From an uncultured Candidatus Micrarchaeota archaeon (lineage in GTDB: Archaea > Micrarchaeota > Micrarchaeia > Norongarragalinales > Norongarragalinaceae), in NCBI GenBank assembly GCA_903893865.1, contig CAITNU010000072.1, forward strand, positions 1 through 38,954: 38,954 bases of DNA. Direction: 5' to 3'. Within the stretch, counting starts at the first letter, position 1; the number at the start of each line of letters is the position of its first letter. Of the stretch, positions 26,391 through 35,067 are shown piece after piece. The position numbers were made by a program, and so were the translations under genes. The notes under the pieces are model-generated. The model did not search any database and was not told where the DNA came from. It was given only the letters and a program-made list of their open reading frames with translations.

Positions 26391-26942
26391 GTGGCATACA
26401 AACCAATGCGCAAAACAACGATAATCGACGTAGGCGCCTTTCAAGTTAATCTTAACCCGTGCGGAAACGGATTTAATTTTACTGTTAGAGGCCTAGCGCG
26501 TCGTTCAGATACACACGCCGGTAACTTTCCGGACTCTGACGTTCAGACGCACTTCTCGAACGTGTTGAATTTGATACACTCTAAAGGAGAAGGAATTCCA
26601 GTTTATCTTAAAACACCTAGCGGCAAATTAATTCCCATTGACAAAGCAAAACTGAATCCTAACTACACAATTGTTTATGGCGAACCTGGCCCGAAAATTA
26701 ACCAGAAAAAACTCGGACTAGTTACAAAAAAGGTCGTTGCAGTGGCCGCGCTAGCTGACCTCCTTAAATCGAAGCATAGCGAGCAAGCGCTCAATGCATT
26801 CTTTGACATTCTCCCGTTATCCCAGAAAATAACCAAACACGTTTCCGCAAGCGACCCGCGGATTTCACCGCGAATTTCAGATAAATTCGCCCGCGGGTTT
26901 TTTATTCAAACCGGCATTAAAGGCGGTAAGACGCTAAGATGA
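26391..26942 (+). CDS. Hypothetical protein (AT-richer orphan)
   Basis: 183-aa basic ORF with GGAGGT SD. Confidence 0.6.
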   Translation: MAYKPMRKTTIIDVGAFQVNLNPCGNGFNFTVRGLARRSDTHAGNFPDSDVQTHFSNVLNLIHSKGEGIPVYLKTPSGKLIPIDKAKLNPNYTIVYGEPGPKINQKKLGLVTKKVVAVAALADLLKSKHSEQALNAFFDILPLSQKITKHVSASDPRISPRISDKFARGFFIQTGIKGGKTLR

Positions 26943-27365
26943 TTTTTGGATTGTCATCTAGCTAACTGTTTTCGCGTTTGAAGGTGCACCCCGCGAGGAT
27001 AAACTCCGAGGTTCGGAAAACCACCGGTAGTCGGTTTTTGTTGAAATCCCTAAGAAGTAAACTCTTTTGCCAAGCGGTTTGCCAGCTCGCAGATGCGAGT
27101 ACATCACTTAAGTGTTGTAGCGCGAACTTCGCTGCCTGGAGCCTGCCTAAACGGTTTTTTTCCCTCGGAAAACCAAGAAATGCGGAGTTCCACTATTTTT
27201 TGTTCACTGCAACGATATTTTTTTATACTAGTGTTGCGTTGCCTTCTTGCGGCCCACCGCGTTAAGCGCCGAACACCGTATAAGTGTTTAGCTATGTTTA
27301 GCGTTCATCGCGTTGGGTAGAGCCGCGAACGTAATTCAAAAAATTTTTTGCGAGGTGTTTTGGTT

Positions 27366-27653
27366 TTGGAATTGTTGGATTTAAGCGAGCTTTTCTCGGC
27401 AGTTTTTTTTATTTTAGGCTACGTTTGGCTTTTGCTTAAGCAGGACCTAAAAATTCTTGAAGCGCAAATCCTGCTCGCCTTGTTTACCGCCGGCTTGATT
27501 TTGCTCGCGCCGAGAATGGTTTTCCTCGCTCTAAACGCGGCTTTCGCCGACTTGATACTGGTTATTCTACTGTTCATAATCGGTTTGTTGCTCGCGTTCA
27601 TAGCTAACGCGAGAGGCGAATACTTTGTCGGAAGAAAACCCGCAAGAAGATAG
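27366..27653 (+). CDS. Small membrane protein
   Basis: Hydrophobic ~95 aa; TTG start after GAGGTG. Confidence 0.65.
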   Translation: MELLDLSELFSAVFFILGYVWLLLKQDLKILEAQILLALFTAGLILLAPRMVFLALNAAFADLILVILLFIIGLLLAFIANARGEYFVGRKPARR

Positions 27654-28185
27654 AGAAGACGAAGAAGAAAAATCCGTGCGCAAAACGCAAGCGAAAGCGC
27701 ATCCGTCGATAGCGAGCCGCGGCATTCCGGCGGACGAAGCGCTTTGGCTGCCACGCCACGATGCGGTGCGCGACATTCTGCGCAAGCAAAGCAATCCTTT
27801 CGACGAATACGGCGTGGAATGGAGCATTTCAGACGTGATTTCGTTCCTTTTTCCGCCGCGCTACCGCGCTTTACAGCACGAAGTTGCCGTCGCTTTCATC
27901 GAATTCTTGTGCGCGAACGCGGGGCAAGCGAGCTTTCACGAGATAGGCAGTTTCGTGAGCCGCAGCGGCGCAAGCAAAGCGACTTTTTACAACAAAATCG
28001 TGCCGCGACTCAAGCACGCGGGGCTAATCGAAGTCAAACGACCGTTGCGCACCGGCGCGAAAGAAAGCGAGAAAGGCCCGATGACGATATTCTTGAGCGA
28101 AGGTTTCCACAATTACTTGTTTAAAATCGCTAAAGAGTGGCGTAGAATCGTGCTTACCGCGCGCAGCAAGCGTCCGACCGCATGA
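27625..28185 (+). CDS. Winged-helix DNA-binding protein
   Basis: SFHEIGSF...ASKATFYNKIVPRLKHAGLIEVKR wHTH pattern; acidic N-terminus. Confidence 0.65.
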   Translation: MSEENPQEDREDEEEKSVRKTQAKAHPSIASRGIPADEALWLPRHDAVRDILRKQSNPFDEYGVEWSISDVISFLFPPRYRALQHEVAVAFIEFLCANAGQASFHEIGSFVSRSGASKATFYNKIVPRLKHAGLIEVKRPLRTGAKESEKGPMTIFLSEGFHNYLFKIAKEWRRIVLTARSKRPTA

Positions 28186-28570
28186 AAACCCGTGCAAAAT
28201 CCGCTAAAACCAGTTCGGGAAAGCCAAAACCTGCCTATTTTGAACGATTTTTTTAGTTCATAACAAACCGAACCGAGCCCGCAATCAAAAAACCAGCGTT
28301 TTTCCAGAAAACTGGCTTTAGCCTGCATTTTCTATTGCCGGCGTTACTTTGGTTACCCCCGGCGCGTATTACGTTTGGTGATACGATTTCTGCCTACTTG
28401 GCGAAAGCGTTTTTCTATTGATGTTGCACGGCTAAACGCACGCTAAACATGCTAACCTCGATTTTTTGCGCAAACCTGCGTTTTCGCGGTTTTCCGTGGA
28501 GTTCAAGCTATTGTTTTTGCTTTGAATCCCGCTCGCGGAAAACGAAAACTGCCCGCTTCGCGTCTTTTGC

Positions 28571-29416
28571 GTGTCCTTTTCCTTATTTTCCAGTTTTGTC
28601 GCGCGAATTTTTATTAACCGCCGCAGCGTTGCTTGTCGCGTGTTCGCAGACTTTTTTTCAAGCAAAACCAGCGGCGTACGAGAGCGAACGGATTTCGCGG
28701 TTCTCGGCGGAAAACTCGTCGAATTCGTCGTGCGCGAGAACCCCGCGGCGCGAGGCATTACGCTGAACGTCAGCCACTCGCGCGGACTCGTCGCGACTGT
28801 TCCGCCGCGCTGCGCGCCGGGAGCGCTGACGGCGTTTTTGCTCGCGAAAGAAAAATGGATTCTGAACAAACTCGATTATTACGCGAGTTTCCCGAACCCG
28901 AAGCAGCCGAAAGAGTTTTTCGAGGGAGACGCGGTTCGCTTTCTGGGAGCAGTTTACCGCCTTAAAATCGACGTCGCGCCTGCGCACGCGCCAGCGCGTC
29001 GCGCAAAAGTGTTTTTCGACGAAAACGAAGGCGTCGTAACCGTTCGCGTTGCTGCGCGTTCGCCTCGCGCGATTCGCATTGCGCTCGAGAAATGGTATCG
29101 TTCGCAAGCGGAACGCGTTTTCGCGGCGCGGCTGCGTTTTTTTGCTGACGACATGGGTTTGCGCGCGGCGCGAGTTTTCGTGCGCGGCCAGCGGACTGTT
29201 TGGGGCACGTGCAGCTCGAAAAACAATTTGAGTCTCAACTGGCGGCTAGTGCTCGCGCCGCTTAGCGTAATCGATTACGTGATTGTTCACGAGCTCGCGC
29301 ACTTGCGGGAACTCAATCACTCGAAAGCGTTTTGGAGCATCGTCGCGCGCTACTGTCCCGACTTCAAGGAGCGCCGCAAGTGGCTGAAAGAGAACGAGCG
29401 CAGCCTAGCGTTTTGA
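28571..29416 (+). CDS. DUF45/YgjP (M48/SprT-like) zinc metallohydrolase
   Basis: WGTCS, LNWRLVLAP, DYVIVHELAHL and NHSKAFW motifs; start uncertain. Confidence 0.85.
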   Translation: MSFSLFSSFVARIFINRRSVACRVFADFFSSKTSGVRERTDFAVLGGKLVEFVVRENPAARGITLNVSHSRGLVATVPPRCAPGALTAFLLAKEKWILNKLDYYASFPNPKQPKEFFEGDAVRFLGAVYRLKIDVAPAHAPARRAKVFFDENEGVVTVRVAARSPRAIRIALEKWYRSQAERVFAARLRFFADDMGLRAARVFVRGQRTVWGTCSSKNNLSLNWRLVLAPLSVIDYVIVHELAHLRELNHSKAFWSIVARYCPDFKERRKWLKENERSLAF

Positions 29417-29428
29417 GTATTCTTGCGG

Positions 29429-31432
29429 TTATTTAGCCATCTTGCTTCCAAGCTGGTATTCCGCGAGTATTTCAGAATTGCTTAGTGGTCGATTGTATAT
29501 TTTGAGTTCATCCAATTTTCCCGTTAAAACTTGTCCTCCGAATATATAGTCGTCGCCTGACTCGTCTATGTTGCCGTTTTGTGTTCCTTGCAGTACTCCG
29601 TTGACGTAAATCTTTTTCTTAGCCGTTGATTCGGCGTTTGAGTAAACGATTGCTATGTGCTCCCAAGTGTATTGAGTGTAGCTTGTTTGGCTTAGGAGGT
29701 TTCCTCCTCCGTAAAACCAGTACTTGTGATTGTCGGTCCAAAGTCCAAAGCTGGATGCCTTCGTTATAACCCTGAAAGAAGAGGCGTTTGTCTCCGTGTA
29801 TATCCACGCCATTATGGTGAAGTAGCCGCCTGTGCTGAGAAAGCGGTTGTATGGAACGTTTAGGTATGCTTCGTTGCTGCCGTCGAAGTGGACTGCGCCG
29901 CCGAATTTTCCGGTAGAATGAGTTACTCCCGTTCTCAAATACCCGTTAGCATCGTTTCCTAGTCCACTAGAGTCATATGCGGTTGGTCCGCTCGTTTCGT
30001 CGAACTTGTAGTAGCCTACTAAACCCGTTGTCGGAGTCATTGGTGCTGGCGGAGTCATTCCGAGCGTGTATTCGGCTTTAATTTCCGCTGCGCTTAGAGG
30101 GCGATTGTATATTTTGAGTTCGTCGAGTTTGCCGATGAAGCCGTCTCTTCCGAATATATAGTCGTCGCCTGACTCGTCTATGTTGCCGTTTTGTGTTCCT
30201 TGCAGTACTCCGTTGACGTAAATCTTTTTCTTGGCGGTAGCTTGTGCTGAATCGTAGACTATTGCTACGTGTTCCCATTGGTATTGGGTGTAGCTTGTTT
30301 GGCTTAGGAGGTTTCCTCCTCCGCTAAATCGGTATTTGTAGCTGTCGGTCAAAAGTCCAAGGCCGTAGTAGCCTTTCGCTATAATTTGGAATGCGGGCGT
30401 GTTGGTTTTTACGTAAACCCACGCCATTATGGTGAAGTAGCCGCCTGTGCTTAGGAAGCGGTTGTATGGAACGTTTAGGTATGCTTCGTTGCTGCCGTCG
30501 AAGTGGACTGCGCCACCGAATTTTCCAGTAGAGTGAGTTACTCCAGGTCTCATATAACCTGTAGCGCTGTTTCCCAGCCCGCTTGAGTCGATCGCAGTGT
30601 CTCCACCTGTTTCGTCAAACTTGTAGTAGCCTACTAAACCCGTCGTCGGAGTCAGGACTGCTGGCGAGCCAGCCAACGCCCTATATTCTTTATCTATTTC
30701 AATTGCGGTTAGTGGGCCATTGTATATTTTGAGTTCGTCGAGTTTGCCGATGAAGCCGTCTCTTCCGAATATATAGTCGTAGTTGAAATCGTCTATGTTG
30801 CCGTTTTGTGTTCCTTGCAGTACTCCGTTGACGTAAATCTTTTTCTTGGCAATAGGTTGAGCCGGATCATAAACTATTGCTACGTGTTCCCATTGGTATT
30901 GAGTGTAGCTTGTTTGGCTTAGGAGGTCTCCTCCTCCGTTAAACCGGTATTTGTAGCTGTCGGTCAAAAGTTTAAACGCGTAACCTTTCGCTATAATTTG
31001 GAATGCGGGCGTGTTGGTTTTGACGTAAACCCAAGCCATCACCGTGAATCCTCCGTTTATTGCAAGAGTTTCACTATCTGGAACGTTTAGGTATGCTTCG
31101 TTGCTGCCGTCGAATTGAACCGTGCCGCCTTTAATTCCTGTTGCGTGAGTTACTCCTGTCCTCGAGTAACCGTGAGCGTCGTTTCCGTTTCCGCTTGAGT
31201 CGACTGCAGTGTCTCCGCTTGTTTCATCAAAAGTGTAGTACGCGACTAACCGTGCTCTTGCCTGAGAAAAACCCGTAGTGTCCGAATTATCTTGCGGCGG
31301 TGCCGGCGCTATATTGTCGTTTGCCGTTGCTGTCGGCGCATTTGGCGTTCTGGAATATTGCGTGCATCCAGCGAGGAGAACGACGATCAAGAAAATTGCG
31401 GGTATTGCGTAAAACAGTTTTGCGTTCTTCAT
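29429..31432 (-). CDS. Secreted lipoprotein with three tandem LamG/concanavalin-A-like domains
   Basis: Signal peptide with LLAGC lipobox; three repeats of LVxYYxFDE..G..A.DSSG...FTxMAW...WEHVAIVY...IYVNG...LDELKIYN. Confidence 0.88.
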   Translation of the reverse strand: MKNAKLFYAIPAIFLIVVLLAGCTQYSRTPNAPTATANDNIAPAPPQDNSDTTGFSQARARLVAYYTFDETSGDTAVDSSGNGNDAHGYSRTGVTHATGIKGGTVQFDGSNEAYLNVPDSETLAINGGFTVMAWVYVKTNTPAFQIIAKGYAFKLLTDSYKYRFNGGGDLLSQTSYTQYQWEHVAIVYDPAQPIAKKKIYVNGVLQGTQNGNIDDFNYDYIFGRDGFIGKLDELKIYNGPLTAIEIDKEYRALAGSPAVLTPTTGLVGYYKFDETGGDTAIDSSGLGNSATGYMRPGVTHSTGKFGGAVHFDGSNEAYLNVPYNRFLSTGGYFTIMAWVYVKTNTPAFQIIAKGYYGLGLLTDSYKYRFSGGGNLLSQTSYTQYQWEHVAIVYDSAQATAKKKIYVNGVLQGTQNGNIDESGDDYIFGRDGFIGKLDELKIYNRPLSAAEIKAEYTLGMTPPAPMTPTTGLVGYYKFDETSGPTAYDSSGLGNDANGYLRTGVTHSTGKFGGAVHFDGSNEAYLNVPYNRFLSTGGYFTIMAWIYTETNASSFRVITKASSFGLWTDNHKYWFYGGGNLLSQTSYTQYTWEHIAIVYSNAESTAKKKIYVNGVLQGTQNGNIDESGDDYIFGGQVLTGKLDELKIYNRPLSNSEILAEYQLGSKMAK
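29450..31250 (-). repeat. Three ~600-bp intragenic tandem repeats with long identical DNA blocks
   Basis: For example, gtctatgttgccgttttgtgttccttgcagtactccgttgacgtaaatctttttctt occurs near 29565, 30176 and 30791; repeat boundaries are approximate. Confidence 0.9.
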
Positions 31433-31560
31433 TCCGACCGCCTCCAACGAAAATTCGTTTTAACCAGTAAAATTACTACAAACGCGCCGCTATTTATTAG
31501 CTGTGTTTAGGTATTTCGGCGCTTTCGTCGTAGCCTCGACGAGGTTCTAGAGATTTTCAG

Positions 31561-31707
31561 CGGACCCGCCGGGATTCGAACCCGGGCCAAGAGCTCTCCA
31601 CCCACATTTTCGCTCTTTGCGTTGTTTTTCGCTTTTTTGCGTGTTTTTCAGGGGAGCGCGAACGCGATCCGCAAGCTCTCATACTATCCAGGCTATACTA
31701 CGGGTCC
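31561..31707 (-). tRNA. tRNA-Arg(GCG) with 73-nt intron at position 37/38 (31596-31668)
   Basis: Acceptor GGACCCG/CGGGTCC; anticodon stem AGAGC/GCTCT; loop TT-GCG-G|A; T-arm CCGGG TTCGAAT CCCGG; no encoded CCA. Confidence 0.9.
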
Positions 31708-31817
31708 AGCCAATTGTTTTGAAGCACAGGTTATAAAAACCGCTCGATACAAAACACAATACTTCGCCAGCTTTTTTTACTGGTTTGTTTTTCTTGATTC
31801 GTGAAAGGGTGATTTGT

Positions 31818-31973
31818 TTGAAGGTTTGCTGCAGTTGCGGCCGCGAGACGGACGATTACGTGGCGTTCGCGTGCCCGGGCAAGGAGTGCAAGCGCAAAAT
31901 CGTGCGCTGCAAGGCGTGCAAGGAAAAGAGCGTGAAGTGGGTTTGCAAGAACTGCGGAACAAGCGGGCCGTGA
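31818..31973 (+). CDS. Small zinc-ribbon protein (DUF1610/HVO_2753-like)
   Basis: CCSCG...FACP...CK..IVRCKACK.....WVCKNCGTSGP; this family usually lies upstream of EF-1beta. Confidence 0.8.
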   Translation: MKVCCSCGRETDDYVAFACPGKECKRKIVRCKACKEKSVKWVCKNCGTSGP

Positions 31974-32428
31974 AAACTGCAGCTCGAAAAGCGGCGGTAA
32001 CACGCGTCATGGTTTTCGGGTGCTTCGACGTCGTGCACTTGGGGCACAAAAAGTTTTTAAGGCAAGCGAAGCGCTTTGGCGGCAAGCGAAGCGAGTTAGT
32101 CGTTTGCTTGGCGCGCGATAAAACCATTAAGGCGATAAAGAAAAAAGCGCCGTGGTTTTCGGAACGCGAGCGAGCGGAAATCGTGGGCGCCTTAAAGCTC
32201 GTGAGCCGCGTAGTCCTCGGAGGATTGGGAAACAAGTACGAGGTTATCAACAAAGTCAAGCCGGACGCAATCGTTTTGGGGTTTGACCAGCGAGTTAACA
32301 AAAAGCTTTTACGGCAAAAAATTAAGGAATTCGGTTTGCGCACGCGGGTAGTGCGCTTGCGCACTGCTTTCAAGCCGCAAAAACTCAAGAGCAGCGTCAT
32401 CAAAAAATTTTTGAAAGAAGGTTTTTAG
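31970..32428 (+). CDS. ribL: FAD synthase (archaeal RibL-type cytidylyltransferase family)
   Basis: VFGCFDVVHLGH (HxGH), LARD, ER..IV..LK and KPDAIVLGFDQ motifs. Confidence 0.8.
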   Translation: MKTAARKAAVTRVMVFGCFDVVHLGHKKFLRQAKRFGGKRSELVVCLARDKTIKAIKKKAPWFSERERAEIVGALKLVSRVVLGGLGNKYEVINKVKPDAIVLGFDQRVNKKLLRQKIKEFGLRTRVVRLRTAFKPQKLKSSVIKKFLKEGF

Positions 32429-32435
32429 CGAGGGG

Positions 32436-32690
32436 ATGTTTTTGGGCAAGGTTTTGACTCGAATGAAGGTTTTTCCCGAGGAGGACGCGAATCTCGACGC
32501 GTTGCTCGCGAAGATTAAAGGCATCGATGGAAACAATACGGCGAAAATCGAGGACTACGTTTTCGGCGCGAAAATCATCATCGCCTCGTTCGTTTGCGAG
32601 GATCGCGCCGCGGTTGATTTCGAGGAGCGCGTGCGCTCGGTCGAAGGCGTTTCCGAAGTGCAGGTTGAGGAAGTAGGTTTAATATCCTGA
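32436..32690 (+). CDS. ef1b: Translation elongation factor 1-beta
   Basis: GKVLTRMKVFPE..., FG, and VEGVSEVQVEEVGLI motifs; expected context. Confidence 0.85.
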   Translation: MFLGKVLTRMKVFPEEDANLDALLAKIKGIDGNNTAKIEDYVFGAKIIIASFVCEDRAAVDFEERVRSVEGVSEVQVEEVGLIS

Positions 32691-32710
32691 GCGCGCTAAC
32701 GCCTTGGAAA

Positions 32711-34021
32711 ATGGGAATCCTCGACTTTTTGTTCAAGAAAAACAAGCCTGCGCAGCCGAGCCAGCCGTTTCGCGCTCCGAACGCAACGCTTTCCGAGTTA
32801 GCGCAGCGCGCGGAGGAAGCAAAGCGCAAGGAAATCGATGCGGCGTTGCCTGAAGTCGAGGCGAGCGCGCACCGTATTCGCTCGCAGTGGAGCCACCTGG
32901 AAAAGAAAACCGTCGGGCTCGCGAAAAAGCCGGTGCGCAGCGGAATCGACGGCGAGAAAGTCGCGGAACAATCGCGGGACGCGTTCGCTCGCCGCACTGA
33001 GCAATTGTTCAAGTCCAGCGTTTTTCCGGAAGCTCGCGCAAGCGAGCGCGAACGGGACATCGAATCGTTTTCGCGTTTCGCGCGCGATTTCGAAGAAGTT
33101 TTGCACAAGTTCGCTCGCGCGCTTTCCGACAACAAGTACTTGTTCTTGTTTTTCAAGGAGGACACGGAGGAAATCGGCCGCAGCATTAACGAGCTCAACG
33201 ACGAAGCGTTGACGCTGAAGCATTCCGTCGAGGCGGCGCACAAGAACAGCGAGAAATACGCTACGCTGTTGCGGCGCATAGGCGAGCTCGAAGCTTTGCG
33301 CGGAAAGAACGCCGAGTTCGAGCAAAAAGCGCGTTCCGCCGAGGAAGAAGTCGCGCGTTGGACTGAAAAAGAAAAGCAGGCGCAAACAGAGTTCGCGCTC
33401 GAAGAAAAGAACGCGGCGCAATCGAAAATCGAGATTGCCGCGCTCGATAATGACGCGTGGACTGCTGAAAACGAGATTACTCAGCTTATTGCTCCGCTGC
33501 AGCGGCCGTTTCGCAAGCTTGAAAAGCTTCTAGAGTCGCGGGAAACGCGACCATCGCAAGAACCGCTGACCCCGCGGGCGCACGTCGACAAGCAGTTGCT
33601 TTACTCCCTCGCTAGTTACGCGGCGAACCTGATTCTCGCGCTCGAGAACGATGCGGAATCGAACAAGCTCGCGGCCGCGTGCGCGGAACTAGAAAAAAAC
33701 GTTACCGAACTCAACTTCGATTTGAAGGATTCCGAGAAGATTCAGGAAGCGTGCGACGCGGTGCGCGGAGGAAAGATTCGCTCGCTTTGGAGCGTGCGCA
33801 CTGACGCGCTGCGCCGGAAAGAGCAGAAAAGCGAGGCGTTGGCGCCGCTGGAGAAAGCGAAGGCCGCGCTTGAGGACGCGAGCGAGCACAGGCAGGAAGC
33901 GTCGCTCGCGTTCAAAGCTGCTCAGGCGAAGCTCGCGGAAAACGCTGCGGCGATTCGCCTCGAGAAGGACGCGATAAACAAGGCGGCGAACTCGTTGTTC
34001 AAGCTGTCCTTGCGCGAGTAA
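32711..34021 (+). CDS. Coiled-coil hypothetical protein
   Basis: 436 aa, helical, E/K/A-rich; N-terminal MGILDFLFKK amphipathic segment. Confidence 0.75.
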   Translation: MGILDFLFKKNKPAQPSQPFRAPNATLSELAQRAEEAKRKEIDAALPEVEASAHRIRSQWSHLEKKTVGLAKKPVRSGIDGEKVAEQSRDAFARRTEQLFKSSVFPEARASERERDIESFSRFARDFEEVLHKFARALSDNKYLFLFFKEDTEEIGRSINELNDEALTLKHSVEAAHKNSEKYATLLRRIGELEALRGKNAEFEQKARSAEEEVARWTEKEKQAQTEFALEEKNAAQSKIEIAALDNDAWTAENEITQLIAPLQRPFRKLEKLLESRETRPSQEPLTPRAHVDKQLLYSLASYAANLILALENDAESNKLAAACAELEKNVTELNFDLKDSEKIQEACDAVRGGKIRSLWSVRTDALRRKEQKSEALAPLEKAKAALEDASEHRQEASLAFKAAQAKLAENAAAIRLEKDAINKAANSLFKLSLRE

Positions 34022-34511
34022 CTCGCTTTTCGTCGCCCGCAGTCTTTATTTCTTTTAGGACGCGCCTGATTTCGCGCACGTGCGTTCCCTTCCAATAGAT
34101 TTGCGCGCAGCGCGCGTTTCCGCAACGCCAAAACGCGTTATGCCTCGCATAAACGCGCGGCCAGACGAGCGTTTTCACGCTTTTTTTCGGAACGCGCTCG
34201 AGTCGCGAACCGCACTTGGGGCACAACGCTTGCGTTTCGCGCTTCGGGATTTTTATTTTGAACGCCGCGGCGACTTCGCGGAATTGCGAGCGCAAATCGT
34301 TGGAGCGGACGAGAAACGTACGGCAGTAGTTTTTCGCTTTTTCCGCGAGTTCTTCGTCTCGGGTGAGGAGAACGGCTTTGCGTCGCGCCGCGAGCTTTAT
34401 GACGTCGTCGTCTTCGACTGCCAGCTCTTCCGGCGCGTAGATTACGCGCAAGCCGACTAGGCGCAGCCAGCGCGAGAGTTTGCCGAGCATCGCGTCCGCA
34501 ACGAAAAGCAT
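33999..34511 (-). CDS. Mut7-C RNase (PIN + zinc ribbon) domain protein
   Basis: FVADAMLGKLSRWLRLVG, LLTRD, CPKCG and C..C.QIYWKGTH motifs. Confidence 0.9.
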   Translation of the reverse strand: MLFVADAMLGKLSRWLRLVGLRVIYAPEELAVEDDDVIKLAARRKAVLLTRDEELAEKAKNYCRTFLVRSNDLRSQFREVAAAFKIKIPKRETQALCPKCGSRLERVPKKSVKTLVWPRVYARHNAFWRCGNARCAQIYWKGTHVREIRRVLKEIKTAGDEKRVTRARTA

Positions 34512-34542
34512 AACTATACCTACGCTTCAAATGATAAAATAA

Positions 34543-35049
34543 GTGACTGAAATGCGGCGTTACCGGCAAATTCTCGGGGTTTTCAATAAGTGCCTGCCTA
34601 CGCGAAAAATTGAGCCTAAAGTCGATGTTACGCTGAATGGACTTGGTTTGAAAGCGAAGCCGTTGATAGTGCCGTCCATTATTCCCGATCCAAGACTTAG
34701 TTTTGAGGTTGAAAAGCGTCCGGCTGGTACCAGCTTTGCTAAATACTTCACGCACGTCAGCGCTGAATATGAAATAACCATACCTAAAACCGCTTTCAAG
34801 ACAAACTGTTCTTTCGAGGGACTGGTTAAAGAATTGCGTACAAAAAAATGGTTGTCAGTTGAGCCAAGATACAGCGAACAAGAGAACATGCTAATACTAA
34901 AGCACGAAGTTATTGCGCCGCCTCACGATATAGCTAATTCTGGCAGCGCCGTAACAATAGAAAAACTGTTGAAAAGATTAATGGGCGTGCCATGGATACT
35001 TTTGGATGACGGGATGCCATACTTGAAAATACACGAAACCAGTGAATGA
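34543..35049 (+). CDS. Hypothetical protein (AT-richer orphan)
   Basis: 168-aa ORF filling the gap between Mut7-C and cca. Confidence 0.6.
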   Translation: MTEMRRYRQILGVFNKCLPTRKIEPKVDVTLNGLGLKAKPLIVPSIIPDPRLSFEVEKRPAGTSFAKYFTHVSAEYEITIPKTAFKTNCSFEGLVKELRTKKWLSVEPRYSEQENMLILKHEVIAPPHDIANSGSAVTIEKLLKRLMGVPWILLDDGMPYLKIHETSE

Positions 35050-35067
35050 CGCGGTTCGCGCACGTTT

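Noticed and set aside
26990-27330. RNase P or SRP RNA (GAGGATAAACTCC resembles GAGGAAAGTCC)
   Set aside because: The match is imperfect, and neither the RNase P 3' P4 motif nor the SRP helix-8 motif was found on either strand.
29417-31707. tRNA-integrated mobile element carrying the LamG gene
   Set aside because: No integrase and no duplicated tRNA 3' end (att site) found in the window.
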